From an uncultured Chloroflexia bacterium (GTDB lineage Bacteria; Chloroflexota; Anaerolineae; JAAYZQ01), in contig CAVOXA010000010.1 of NCBI GenBank assembly GCA_963700285.1, positions 1,536,001-1,600,000 on the forward strand: a stretch of DNA of 64,000 nucleotides, given 5' to 3'. The notes under the pieces were generated by a model. It was given only the letters and a program-made list of their open reading frames with translations. It was not told the origin of the DNA and did no database searches. The position numbers and the translations under genes are program-made. Shown here piece by piece: positions 51,201 to 61,280 of this stretch (position 1 is its first letter; every line of letters begins with the position of its first letter).

Positions 51201-54154
51201 GATGCTGATCTGCACGCCGGCTACGGTCAAGCCCCAGGACGTCTACGCACCTCGGAGGACTGGCATTCGGAGCGTTCAAGACCGAGGCCGGCCCATCGTG
51301 GGTGGACGTGGGCCGCGCCGCTGCCCCCGAGGTGCACCGCTGGGCGCGAGATCACAACGACGTCTTTACTTACCCCGACAACCTACCGTACCGATCCCTA
51401 CCTGGTCAGTGGCATGACTCCGGGGCAAAGATTCCAGTGCAGTGGAATCCAACCGTCAGTGCGACGGCCCACACACCTGGGGCCTGGAGAAAGTCCCAGG
51501 AAGAGAAGAAGGTCAACAAGGTAGCATTGAGAACCACGATACGGTGAGCGTTGCGCTGGAGGTGGGTCATGTGGAGTTCGAAATCGCCGCCATCGCGGGA
51601 GTGGAGAAAGAATGGAGCCGCAGTGTCGGTTGGGAGGAGACCCTGTCCTTCGAGGGCGAGGTGTATCGACTACCCGAAGCACTGCTCCGACGGACGTCTG
51701 CAAAGGCAGCTATACGGTCCAGCCCTTCCTCTGGCAGGCCACGGCCACGACCCAGGCCGGCGTCACCTACCCCTACCTGGAGCTGGACTACTATGTGCCC
51801 GACCCGCCCGGCACGCTGGCCGCGGCCGCTGAGGCGGAACCGGCTCAGGAGGCGGTCGTCGGGCATCGCGCCCCAGCAGCCGGTGATCACCAGCCCCACC
51901 CATCCCGACCCGGAGGCCTGGTACACCAGCCGGGATGTGACGCTCGAGTGGAGCCAGCCCGCCGGCGACCCGGCGGTGGTGACCGGCTACCGCTGGAACC
52001 TCAACGAGGAGTCCGACTTTGCCCCCACCGCGCTGCACCGGGTCATGACCGATACGATGACCTTTGTGGGCGTCGCAGATGGCCTGCACTACTTCCACCT
52101 CCAGGCCCGGGGCGACGGCGGCGATGACAGCCCCGTGGCCCACCGCGCCGTTCGCGTCGACGCCACCCCGCCGCAGGTCGAGATTTTGCTCGACCCACTG
52201 GCGCCCGATGGCCTCAACGGCTGGTACAGGACGCCGGTGATGGCCACAGTGGCGGTCACCGACGTTGCCAATTCCGGCGATTCGGTTGGCTCCGGCGTCG
52301 CCACCGTGGAGGTCAGCACCGACGGCACGACCTGGCAGCCCTACACGGCGCCCATTGCCTTCAACAATCCCACGGCGGGCACCACCCTCTGGGCGCGGGC
52401 CACCGACCAGGCGGGACACACTTCAGAACCGGTCTCGACCAACCTTCAAGATCGACCTGGTCGCGCCTAGCTCGGTGGACTCGGATGGCGTGGGTCTCAG
52501 CTACCACAACGTCTTCAACCGACGAGCTGGGCAACGCCCAGTTGATGCTGGGCGGCGCGAGTGCCGCGATACCCTGGCCGGACGCTTCTTGGTGGAGGTC
52601 AAGGGTGGCGATACCGGCTCCTGGCAACCCGTCCAGGCCGTGGGCGAGTTCGCCATGCCGTCGGGCAACGATCTCGACTCGACGGTGAAGACGCTGAACT
52701 GGCTCTACACGCCCACCCGCGAGATCCGCGGCATCTATCCCCTCTGGGGTCGCAGCATCGACGCCGCCGGCAACATGGAGGAAGAGTGGGCCTTTGGCAC
52801 CTTCTGGTGGGAGCCCGACGGCGACCCCGACCTGTCGCAGAGCCGGCGCCAGCGTGGCGCCCGCAGCATGCCTTCCCGGGCGACACGGTGCGCTTGACCC
52901 TGGGCATCCGCAACACCGGCGTGCAGGAGGCCCAGGTGGCGGTCACCGACACCCTGCCGGCCGGCCTGACGCCGCTGCTCGACATCGATCGGCGACGGCG
53001 GCCAGTACGATGCCGGCACCGGAGACCATCCGCTGGACCCTCCATGGCCTGTGGCCGGGGAGACCCGTTTCCTCACCTTCGACGCCCAGGTCGATCCTGA
53101 CCTGAACCCAAGCGAGCCATTGGACCTCGAGAACCGCCTCGACCTGCTCGGGCTACTGGCCGTGGGAGCCCCCGCGGGCGGACCGCCAGAGCCGCCGACC
53201 CACCCCTACTCCACGAGCGACCACGCTCACTGTCCTGCCCCAGGCCAGGGCTCAGGAGGCCGCGGCCCAGGCCGCCACCCAACCACCGGCCATCTACACG
53301 GCCAGGGTCCTGGAGGGAGCCATCGTGCAAAAGCCCCTGGCCACCCTCTACCTCCACACCAGCCCTGACGCCGAGTTCCTGTACGTCAAGGAGTGGGCCT
53401 GGGATCACGAGCAGGGGAACTGGGCCCTGGCCAGCAAGAGCGGCTGGCTGCCCTTCACCCAGGGCGACAACCTCGGCGGTGAGCGAGGACAGCACCGGCA
53501 AGTACGGCCAGTTGACCTGGCAGCTCTCCACGGGCGACGGCGTCAAGTTCCTGGGCGTCTGGGCCGCCAACGGCGACAAGCACACCACCAACCTCAACGA
53601 GGGCCTGCTGCTCTTCACCAACTTTGTCAGTCCCTCCGGACAGCACTTGGCGGCCGGCCAGCGCGTCCAGTACCGCCTGCCGATGTCGGCCGGCCACCTG
53701 GCCCTCTTTGCCCTGGCCACCGAGTGCGGCGACGCCGACCTCTACGCCTGGAAGCCGCGCTTCGCCTTCCGGCCCCACCACTTGAGCAACGACACAGGCG
53801 ATGGCCTGCAGGTTGAGGGCCTGGGCTTTGCTGCCGACGGAGTACGGCGTGCACCTGGTCGAGGTCGAGGCCGCGGGCCAGGACAGCTTCTACCGCCTGC
53901 TGGTCGGCGGCGACGTCCCCGGCGCCGCCTCGCCGGCCGAGGTCGGGGCCGCGCTGGGCCTGCCGCCGGAGGAAGGGGGCAGCCGGATGCTGCTCCCGGG
54001 CGTTCAGTTGCCCCTTTCCAAGAAGGAGCGGCCGGCGCATCCCCTGACCCTCAGCACGCCCTACGGCCTGCCGGACGCGGAGGATCTGGACGACGTGCCG
54101 CAGCCAGAGTGGGAATTCAAGGGCTACCTGCCGCTGGCCTTCAAGGAGGGCTAG
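48236..54154 (+). CDS. Paralogous giant secreted protein with N-terminal DUF346/PLL-like lectin propeller, FG-GAP repeats, DUF11, YLP tail; heavily frameshifted (sequence error or pseudogene)
   Basis: LAAVSRNERHLAVFGVGQDNVLY-type repeats; GDLDGDG; SPTHPDPEAWY, GDGVKFLGVW and GQRVQYR segments collinear with the 42942 gene; ends FKGYLPLAFKEG*. Confidence 0.72.
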
Positions 54155-54258
54155 CCGGCGCAACCGGGGAGGGGAGCCTGGCGCTCTCCTCCCCCTGCGA
54201 TGGCAAGCTGGAGCCCTATGCCCGGCTTGAACAACGAGCAAACCCAGGAGGCTGCCCC

Positions 54259-56124
54259 ATGAAGCAAGCGTTGAGCGTAATTCTGATCCTGGCCGCGATC
54301 CTCGCCGCCGCCTGCGGACCCGAACCCGCGCCCTCGGCGGTCCCAACCGGGCCAGCGGCCGGCCTGCCGAACCCGGCATCCAAGTACTGCGCCGACCAGG
54401 GCTACAAGCTCGAGATCCGCGACGAAGCCGGCGGGCAGGTAGGCTACTGCCTCTTCCCCGACGGCTCCGAATGCGAGGAGTGGGCCTTTTTCCGGGGCGA
54501 GTGCGGCCCAACCGGGGGCAAGGAAGGCGCTGGCCTGCCCAACCCGGCATCCAAGTACTGCGCTGACCGAGGCTACAAGCTCGAGATCCGCGACGAATCT
54601 GGCGGGCAGGTAGGCTACTGCCTCTTCCCCGACGGCTCCGAATGCGAGGAGTGGGCTTTCTTCCGGGGCGAGTGCGGCCCAACCGGGGGCAAGGAAGGCG
54701 CTGGCCTGCCCAACCCGGCATCCAAGTACTGCGCTGACCGAGGCTACAAGCTCGAGATTCGCGACGAATCTGGTGGGCAGGTAGGCTACTGCCTCTTCCC
54801 CGACGGGTCCGAGTGCGAGGAGTGGGCTTTCTTCCGGGGCGAGTGCGCGCCAGGCTCTGCGGCGCCGCAGGGCACACCACAACCAGCGCCAACGCAGGAA
54901 GCCCCGGCCCAGCTCCCCAACCCTGCCTCCCAAAACTGCATCGACCAGGGGGGCACGCTGTCGATCGAAACGCGGCCCGATGGCGGGCAGTATGGCGTCT
55001 GTCTCTTTGAGGATAACCGGCAGTGCGAGGAGTGGGCTCTGCTGCGCGGCGAGTGCCCCGTGGGCGGGGTCAAGGTCACCGGCTATGTGACGCCGGCCGC
55101 CCGCTTCTGTGCCATCAGCGGCGGCGTGTACACCATCACCGGCAAAAGCGGCGCCGAGGATGAACAGGGGACTTGCACCCTCCCGGATGGCGGCCAGTGC
55201 GACGTCTGGGCCTATTATAAGGGGGAGTGCAGTTCAGCACCGGCTGAAGCGGAGACCCCTTCCCCGGGGACCAGCCCCTCAGGCGCAGGCCAGATCGTCT
55301 TCAGCTCGGATCGGGGCGGGGACTATAGCGACCTGTATATTCTCAATGTCGATGGTCCGGACGTGGTTCGCCTGACGGAGGGTGATGCCAATCGTTTTGC
55401 CGGACCCTGGTCCCCCGATGGGACCCGGATCGCCTACACCTCCTTCGGCCTGACGGAGAGCGACGTGTCGGTCATCAACGCCGATGGCACCGGCCAAACC
55501 AACCTCACCAACCGGCCCGACGAGTCCGACGCCTTCCCCGCCTGGTCGCCCGATGGCTCCCAGATCGCCTTTACCTCGCGGCGCGACGGAAACAACGAGA
55601 TCTATGTGATGGCCGCCGACGGCTCGGACCCGGTCCGTCTGACGGACGATCCGGCCGACGACTTTGCCCCTGCCTGGTCGCCCGATGGCTCGCGGATCGC
55701 CTTTGTCTCCGACCGGGATCGGGATCCGGGCATCTATGACCTGTACCTGATGAACGCTGACGGCTCCGGGGTGACACGCCTGACCGACGACGAGGCCATC
55801 GACTATGAGCCCGACTGGTCGCCGGATGGCAGCCAGATTGCCTTCCGTTCCCACCACGACGGCCCGGCCGACATCTATGTCATCGGCGTTGACGGCAGCG
55901 GGCTGGCCAACCTGACCCAAGATCCTGCCGGAGAGCCGGCCGACGACTGGGCGCCGGCCTGGTCGCCCGACGGCAGCCAGATCGCCTTCCAGACCAATCG
56001 AGATGGTAATTGGGAGATCTATGTGATGGATGCTGATGGATCCGGCCCAGTCAACCTGACCCGGGACCCTGCCGACGACCAGCTCCCCCATTGGCGACCT
56101 GTTGTTCAAGTGGGAAGCGACTAG
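54259..56124 (+). CDS. Lipoprotein with tandem DUF333 domains and C-terminal TolB/PD40 beta-propeller
   Basis: Lipobox LAAAC; NPASxYC..GYCxFPDGxxCEEW four times plus a fifth degenerate copy; repeated PAWSPDGSQIAF. Confidence 0.9.
   Translation: MKQALSVILILAAILAAACGPEPAPSAVPTGPAAGLPNPASKYCADQGYKLEIRDEAGGQVGYCLFPDGSECEEWAFFRGECGPTGGKEGAGLPNPASKYCADRGYKLEIRDESGGQVGYCLFPDGSECEEWAFFRGECGPTGGKEGAGLPNPASKYCADRGYKLEIRDESGGQVGYCLFPDGSECEEWAFFRGECAPGSAAPQGTPQPAPTQEAPAQLPNPASQNCIDQGGTLSIETRPDGGQYGVCLFEDNRQCEEWALLRGECPVGGVKVTGYVTPAARFCAISGGVYTITGKSGAEDEQGTCTLPDGGQCDVWAYYKGECSSAPAEAETPSPGTSPSGAGQIVFSSDRGGDYSDLYILNVDGPDVVRLTEGDANRFAGPWSPDGTRIAYTSFGLTESDVSVINADGTGQTNLTNRPDESDAFPAWSPDGSQIAFTSRRDGNNEIYVMAADGSDPVRLTDDPADDFAPAWSPDGSRIAFVSDRDRDPGIYDLYLMNADGSGVTRLTDDEAIDYEPDWSPDGSQIAFRSHHDGPADIYVIGVDGSGLANLTQDPAGEPADDWAPAWSPDGSQIAFQTNRDGNWEIYVMDADGSGPVNLTRDPADDQLPHWRPVVQVGSD
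54361..54846 (+). repeat. Three near-identical 171-bp tandem repeats (DUF333 units)
   Basis: Units start at 54361, 54532 and 54703, in frame (57 aa). Confidence 0.92.
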
Positions 56125-56235
56125 CCAAGGGTTGGGCAGGCGGCGATGGGCGTGACAGTTGGAACTATATCCAGCTGAGCCTGCCTTGTAAGATCTGTTG
56201 CCCATGTGATATAATCGCCTTCAGAGAGAAAGGCG

Positions 56236-57000
56236 ATGGCAGGAGAAGCAGACACGCTACCACTCATCCGCACCAAGCTCCAGCGGCCCAGGCTGCCCGG
56301 CGACCTGATCCCCCGGCGGCGGCTGCTGGACCGGCTGCGTGCCGGCGCTGATCGCAAGCTGACCCTCGTCTCGGCCATGGCCGGCGCCGGCAAGAGCACC
56401 CTGCTGGCCCAGTGGCTCGACGAATGCCCCCAACCCAGCGCCTGGCTCTCGCTGGACGAGCACGACAACGACCTCCCGCTGGGTACCAGCCCCTTCATCG
56501 CCGCGTTTGCCGCCGGACTGGCGCTTCAGGTTGGCTTTCGGGATGCCGCGGAAGGGGTCGTAGAGTTTAGCGAGAACGAGGGACGTCTGCTGCACATGTT
56601 TGTCTTTTTCCTCTTTGGCACGGTGGCCGGACCGACGCTGGGCGAACTCCACCTAGCGCCGGTGCTCTATGCCGTCCTCAGCCTGACCCTGGTCCGGATG
56701 CTGCCCGTGGCGATCTCGATGATCGGCACGCGCTTGAGTGCGGCAAGCCTGGTATTCATGGGCTGGTTCGGCCCTCGCGGGCTGGCCTCGATTGTCCTGG
56801 GCCTGGTGGTCGCCGGGCAGGGAGTGCAGACGGCCGGGTCGTCGCTGGTGAGAGAGGGCCTGATCGCCACGGTACTGCTGAGCATCTTTGCCCACGGGCT
56901 CAGCGCCTCACCCGGCATCAGGCTCTATGCGCGGCAGATCTCCCGGCTTGGTGCCGATGCCCCAGAATATGAGGCAGTGCCCGGGATGCCAACTACCTGA
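56236..57000 (+). pseudogene. In-frame chimera of a MalT-type regulator N-terminus and a CPA1/NhaP antiporter C-terminus
   Basis: LIRTKL..P..LIPRRRL..LVSAMAGAGKSTLL..AWLSLDEHDND (MalT) joined near 56475 to FIAAFAAGL..VRMLPV..GWFGPRGLASIV..SIFAHGLSA (NhaP). Confidence 0.75.
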
Positions 57001-57309
57001 AAGGGAAACAGAGGGAAGAATGGCTGATCCTGGCCGGGCTCACCAATGCCATCGCACTTTTTTGCAGGGACATCTCATCACTTCTCGGCCGGCGCCGCCG
57101 CCATCGCGCCGGGTGGGAAGGCATCATGGCTGGACAGACTGGACGTTTTGCGCAGCATGAGGTACGATCAATGTGTTGGACAGCAATTGGCTGCATCGTC
57201 CTTTGGCTTCTGATGATTACCATTCTCGATTACCTACCGGTCCATCACCAAGAAGGCAAGGATGGACTGTCTGCAAGTCAGCGATTGATGTCAGGGGAGC
57301 AGAAACCAA

Positions 57310-58088
57310 ATGAGAGTAAAACGATTCTTCAAGCAGTTCAACTGGCGTTTTCTGCTGGTGCGGATCCTGGTGAACGCCATCGCCCTGGCCCTCACCGCCG
57401 CCCTCGTGCCCAAGATCTACTTTGTCGACAAGTCGGTCTGGAACTGGCTGTTCATGGCCATCATGCTGGGCGTCCTCAACGCCCTGCTCAAACCGATCCT
57501 GCAGTTCCTGACGCTGCAGTTCCTCTTTGTCACCTACGGCCTGGTGATCGTGCTGGTCAACACGCTGATTCTGTGGCTGTTGTCGTTCCTCTTCCCAGCG
57601 CGGTTTGCGGTCGACAACCTGTTGTGGGCTCTTGGTCGGTGGCCTGGTGTTGGGGCTGTTCAGTTCCTTCCTCGAGAGCTTGCTGGGCCTGACGATGCCC
57701 ATCGTGCCCGACGAACCGCTCGAACTGCGCCGGCAGCTTGAGGAACAGGCGCACCACGTCGACTGGCTCGCTGCCGCAAGCAGTGAGGCTGCAGTCAGAG
57801 GAGCAGGCGCAGGCCATAGAGCCACTGGACGCGGATGCCAAGGCGGCAGAAGCTGCCGCGGCAGAAGCGCATGCCGCGGCAGGGCCGCCGTGGCAGAACC
57901 TGACGTGGCGGAACCTGTCGCAGTAGAAACAGCCACGACAGGGCCAGATGGAGACCCATCGCCGCCGGTGGAGGTCGAGGCAGAGACAGTTGACTCTGTG
58001 GCCATGCCGTCTGTCGAGGATACAAGCTCAGGGGATCCAGAACCTGCACCCGAGCCGCGGGAAGAACGACAGGAGGACGCGATCATGA
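57310..58088 (+). CDS. Phage-holin-family (YvlD/DUF360-like) 4-TM membrane protein with acidic tail; frameshifted
   Basis: LVNAIAL..GVLNALLKPILQFLT..TYGLVIVLVN; the 3' end is approximate. Confidence 0.75.
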
Positions 58089-59822
58089 AACGAACCAGGC
58101 TCGATAGCGTCCGGGAGAACCTGCGACTTACAGCAGGTGTACAACGTGTTCCTGCGCTACGGCTGGGACCTGGCCTTCCAGCGTTGGAGGCTGTTGGGGA
58201 GCTTGCGCCACAGCATGCAACGCTGGGTCTGGCAACTACCCGACGACGTGCCCGAACTCACGACGCCGGCCAAAGTGTGCCTCATGCTGGAAGAGCTGGG
58301 GCCGACCTACGTCAAGATGGGCCAGATCGTCTCCAGCCAGGCCTCGGTCATCCCTGCCGAGTGGGAGGTCGAGCTGGAAAAGCTGCAGAGCGATGTGCCC
58401 CCCTTCCCCGCAACCGAGGTGCGCGAGATCCTGGAGGAGGAACTGGGCGCTGCGCCGGAACAGCTCTTTGCCGCGTTTGAGATCGAACCCCTGGCCGCCG
58501 CTTCCACGGCGCAGGTGCACCGGGCCACGCTGTTCAGCGGCGAGCAGGTCGTGGTCAAGGTCCAGAGGCCGGGCATCCAGACCCAGATGAAGGCCGACCT
58601 GGGCATCATGCAGCGGGCCGCGCGCGTGGCCTCCCGTCGCTCCGAAGCGCTGCGGGCCATCGACCTGGAGGGCATGATCGAGCAGTTCTCCGACGAGCGT
58701 CCTGGCCGAGCTGGACCTGTTGGGCGAAGCCTACAATGCCATGCGCCTGACCGAGAACATGGCCGGTCTCGAAGGGGTACACATCCCGCGCATCTACCCC
58801 GAGTTATCGACCTCGCGGGTCCTGACCATGGAGTTCATCAAGGGCGTCAAGATCAGCGACATCGAGGCCATCGAAGCCGCCGGCCTGGAGCGCGAGATCG
58901 TGGCCCGCAATGCCCTGCGCGCCGTCATCAAGCAACTGCTCATCGACGGCTTTTTCCACGCCGATCCGCACCCGGGCAACGTCCTGGTCAACCTGCAAAC
59001 CGGGCAGATCACCTTTCTCGATTGCGGCATGGTGGGCCAACTGGATCTGACCCAGCGGGTGAACCTGATCCAGTTGATCTTTGCCTTGCAGCAGGGGGAC
59101 GTGGCGGGCATGGGCCAGATCCTGCGCAACCTGAGCGTACCCTTCGTGGACAAGGTGGACGAAAAGGCCTACGCAGCGGGACTTTCGAACGGGTGATCAG
59201 CCGCCAAATGTACGTGGGCGGCTCGGCCGGCTTTGGCCAGACCGTCAACCTGGGCCTGGATCTGTTGCGCTCCCACGGCCTGCGCCTGGATCCCAACCTG
59301 ACGATGGCCGTCAAGGCCTTGATGCAGGCCGAGGCTTTTGCCACCTTGCTGTACCCGGAAGGGGGATCGTCGGCGAAGGCGCCGAGATGATCCAGGAGAT
59401 GGCCCTGCAGGCGATCACGGCCGACAAGGTCGTGGAGGTGGTCAAGGACCAGGTGATGATGACGGCCCGCGAGGCGCTCAAGCGCTTGCCCAGCCTGCAA
59501 GAGGCGACCATGAGCTGGCTGGACCAATACCAGAAGGGGCGCTTTGAAGTCTATGTCGACACCAGCGGGCTGGACAAGTCGGTGGACAAGCTGTCCAGCT
59601 TTGGCCGGCAGGTGGTCATTGCCATGATCCTGGTGGGCATGCTCATCGGCTCGGCCATCGCCACGAGCGTCTTGGCCTTCATCGAACCTGAGGGGCAGCT
59701 CTGGCAATTCACGTTCCGCTTGGCCTACCTCGGCTTTGTGGCGGCCATGGTCGTCGCGCATCCTTATCGTCCTTCTCTTGCTGTGGCGCTGGATCAGAGG
59801 CGAGTCTGCGGTAGGGGACTAG
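58085..59822 (+). CDS. ABC1/AarF/UbiB-family atypical kinase; several frameshifts
   Basis: LEELGPTYVKMGQ, PLAAASTAQVH, VVVKVQRP, VLTMEF, FFHADPHPGN, FLDCGMVG; C-terminal TMs. Confidence 0.87.
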
Positions 59823-60044
59823 GAAGCACTGGGTTCCAGGGTCAGGATCGTGGGGTTTGAGGGTCGCCGCCGGGTCTCGCTGAACAGAACTGCGACCGGG
59901 CCGGGTCTTGAGACTAACAGTCCAGGGTGGGTGAGAGCCCCTTGGACTTCACTCTGTACGACAGGCTCCCGGGATCGGTTGGGTAGTAAGAACCCCATGA
60001 ACCCGGACTACGAGGCTCACAGATTTCCAAGCACGCGCGCTGTC

Positions 60045-60854
60045 TCAGTGCCCAGGCAGGCACTCGCCTGGATCATGGATCAGTTGGACCCAAACGGGAA
60101 AGTGGTCGCTGGCTTTGGCCGCCTCAATCTTGCCGCGCCCCACCCGGCAAAAGCCCCGGGCAAAGATATGGTCGGCAGCCGAAGGCCTGAGCCCCAGCTT
60201 GACTACAGTTGGACCGGCGCCGGCCGACTTGCGCGATAGCCCGATCGCCGCGAACTGGTCGGTCATCCAGTTGATGCCGCGCCTCGTAACCGTATTGAAA
60301 TCCCCGCTGACGATCACGGGGCTGTCCCCAGGCCCGATGTCGTAGATGATGGCCTCGACCTGTGACCGCCGGTGCGCCGCTGACACGGTAAAGACCTCTG
60401 TGTGGACAGAATACACCATCACATCCAGGCCGGCGATCTGGACCGTTGCTCTGGCTGCGATACGCATGACCCCGTTGACCGGGTGCAGTTCGGGCAGGAT
60501 GAGCTTTCGCGCCTCGCTGAGGGGCCAGCGGGCCAGGATTGCATTGCCAAAGTTGCGGCCATGGCGCGCCACGGTTGCCGGATAGTAGACGAAATCGCAC
60601 CCAAGTGCCTTGGCCATTCGCTCGGTCCCAACTTCGTCCATCTCTTGTAGCAGGATGATATCGGCGCCCGGCAGCGGCTCGTACGTCTCAAACGCCTCGA
60701 TGGCCTTTGTGACCTCTTGCCCGTGATCAATGTTGTAGTTTACAACTGTGATAAGGCTGCCAGAAGTAGGAGGATCCCCGGCATACTGTCCCTCCCACCG
60801 TGGGCCTTGGGGGGTGTCGTACACTGTCGTCTGAGCAGGGGACAATTGGGCCAT
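60045..60854 (-). CDS. Endonuclease/exonuclease/phosphatase-family protein
   Basis: VVNYNI, DIILLQE, GNAILARWP, SGDFN, DHIF, SDHFPV. Confidence 0.9.
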   Translation of the reverse strand: MAQLSPAQTTVYDTPQGPRWEGQYAGDPPTSGSLITVVNYNIDHGQEVTKAIEAFETYEPLPGADIILLQEMDEVGTERMAKALGCDFVYYPATVARHGRNFGNAILARWPLSEARKLILPELHPVNGVMRIAARATVQIAGLDVMVYSVHTEVFTVSAAHRRSQVEAIIYDIGPGDSPVIVSGDFNTVTRRGINWMTDQFAAIGLSRKSAGAGPTVVKLGLRPSAADHIFARGFCRVGRGKIEAAKASDHFPVWVQLIHDPGECLPGH

Positions 60855-60866
60855 AGGACTATCCGC

Positions 60867-61280
60867 TTACCTTTCGCCCAACTGGTCCGGGGTAAACCCT
60901 TCCGGAAGCAGCTCATCAATGGTGAAGGTACGCACATGGTTCTCCAGGTCGGCTACGATCACGCGTAGGTCGCCATCGGGGCCGCCAAACTCACGGAGGA
61001 CCTGCCGGCAAGCGCCACAGGGCATGGCCCCGCTGGCCGTCACCACGGCAATGGCCTCAAAGTCCCGCTCTCCTTCCGAGACAGCCTTGACCACGGCGGT
61101 ACGCTCGGCGCAGATGGTCAGGGGATAGGAGGCGTTCTCCACGTTGCAGCCGGTATACACCCGGCCTGACCGACTCAACAACGCAGCACCAACCGGAAAG
61201 GCAGAATAGGGTACATAGGCCCGCTCACGTGCGTGACGGGCCAGATCAATGAGGGCTTGGTCGGCCGGCTTCTTGCTCAT
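60867..61280 (-). CDS. cdd: Cytidine deaminase (homotetrameric type)
   Basis: AYVPYSAFPVGAA, GCNVENASY..CAER, PCGACRQ. Confidence 0.95.
   Translation of the reverse strand: MSKKPADQALIDLARHARERAYVPYSAFPVGAALLSRSGRVYTGCNVENASYPLTICAERTAVVKAVSEGERDFEAIAVVTASGAMPCGACRQVLREFGGPDGDLRVIVADLENHVRTFTIDELLPEGFTPDQLGER

Noticed and set aside
53479-54258. ORF-track fusion of the giant protein C-terminus to the DUF333 lipoprotein
   Set aside because: Caused by a frameshift near 53835. The giant gene ends at 54154 with its YLP tail, and the lipoprotein has its own RBS, ATG (54259) and lipobox.
54361-54846. Regular direct repeats as a possible CRISPR array
   Set aside because: The units are contiguous 171-bp in-frame coding repeats with no unique spacers, and no cas genes are present.
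36190-58088. Prophage suggested by S74 tail-fibre domain and holin-family gene
   Set aside because: The fibres have Sec signal peptides; there is no integrase, terminase, capsid or lysin; YvlD-like proteins are common chromosomal genes.
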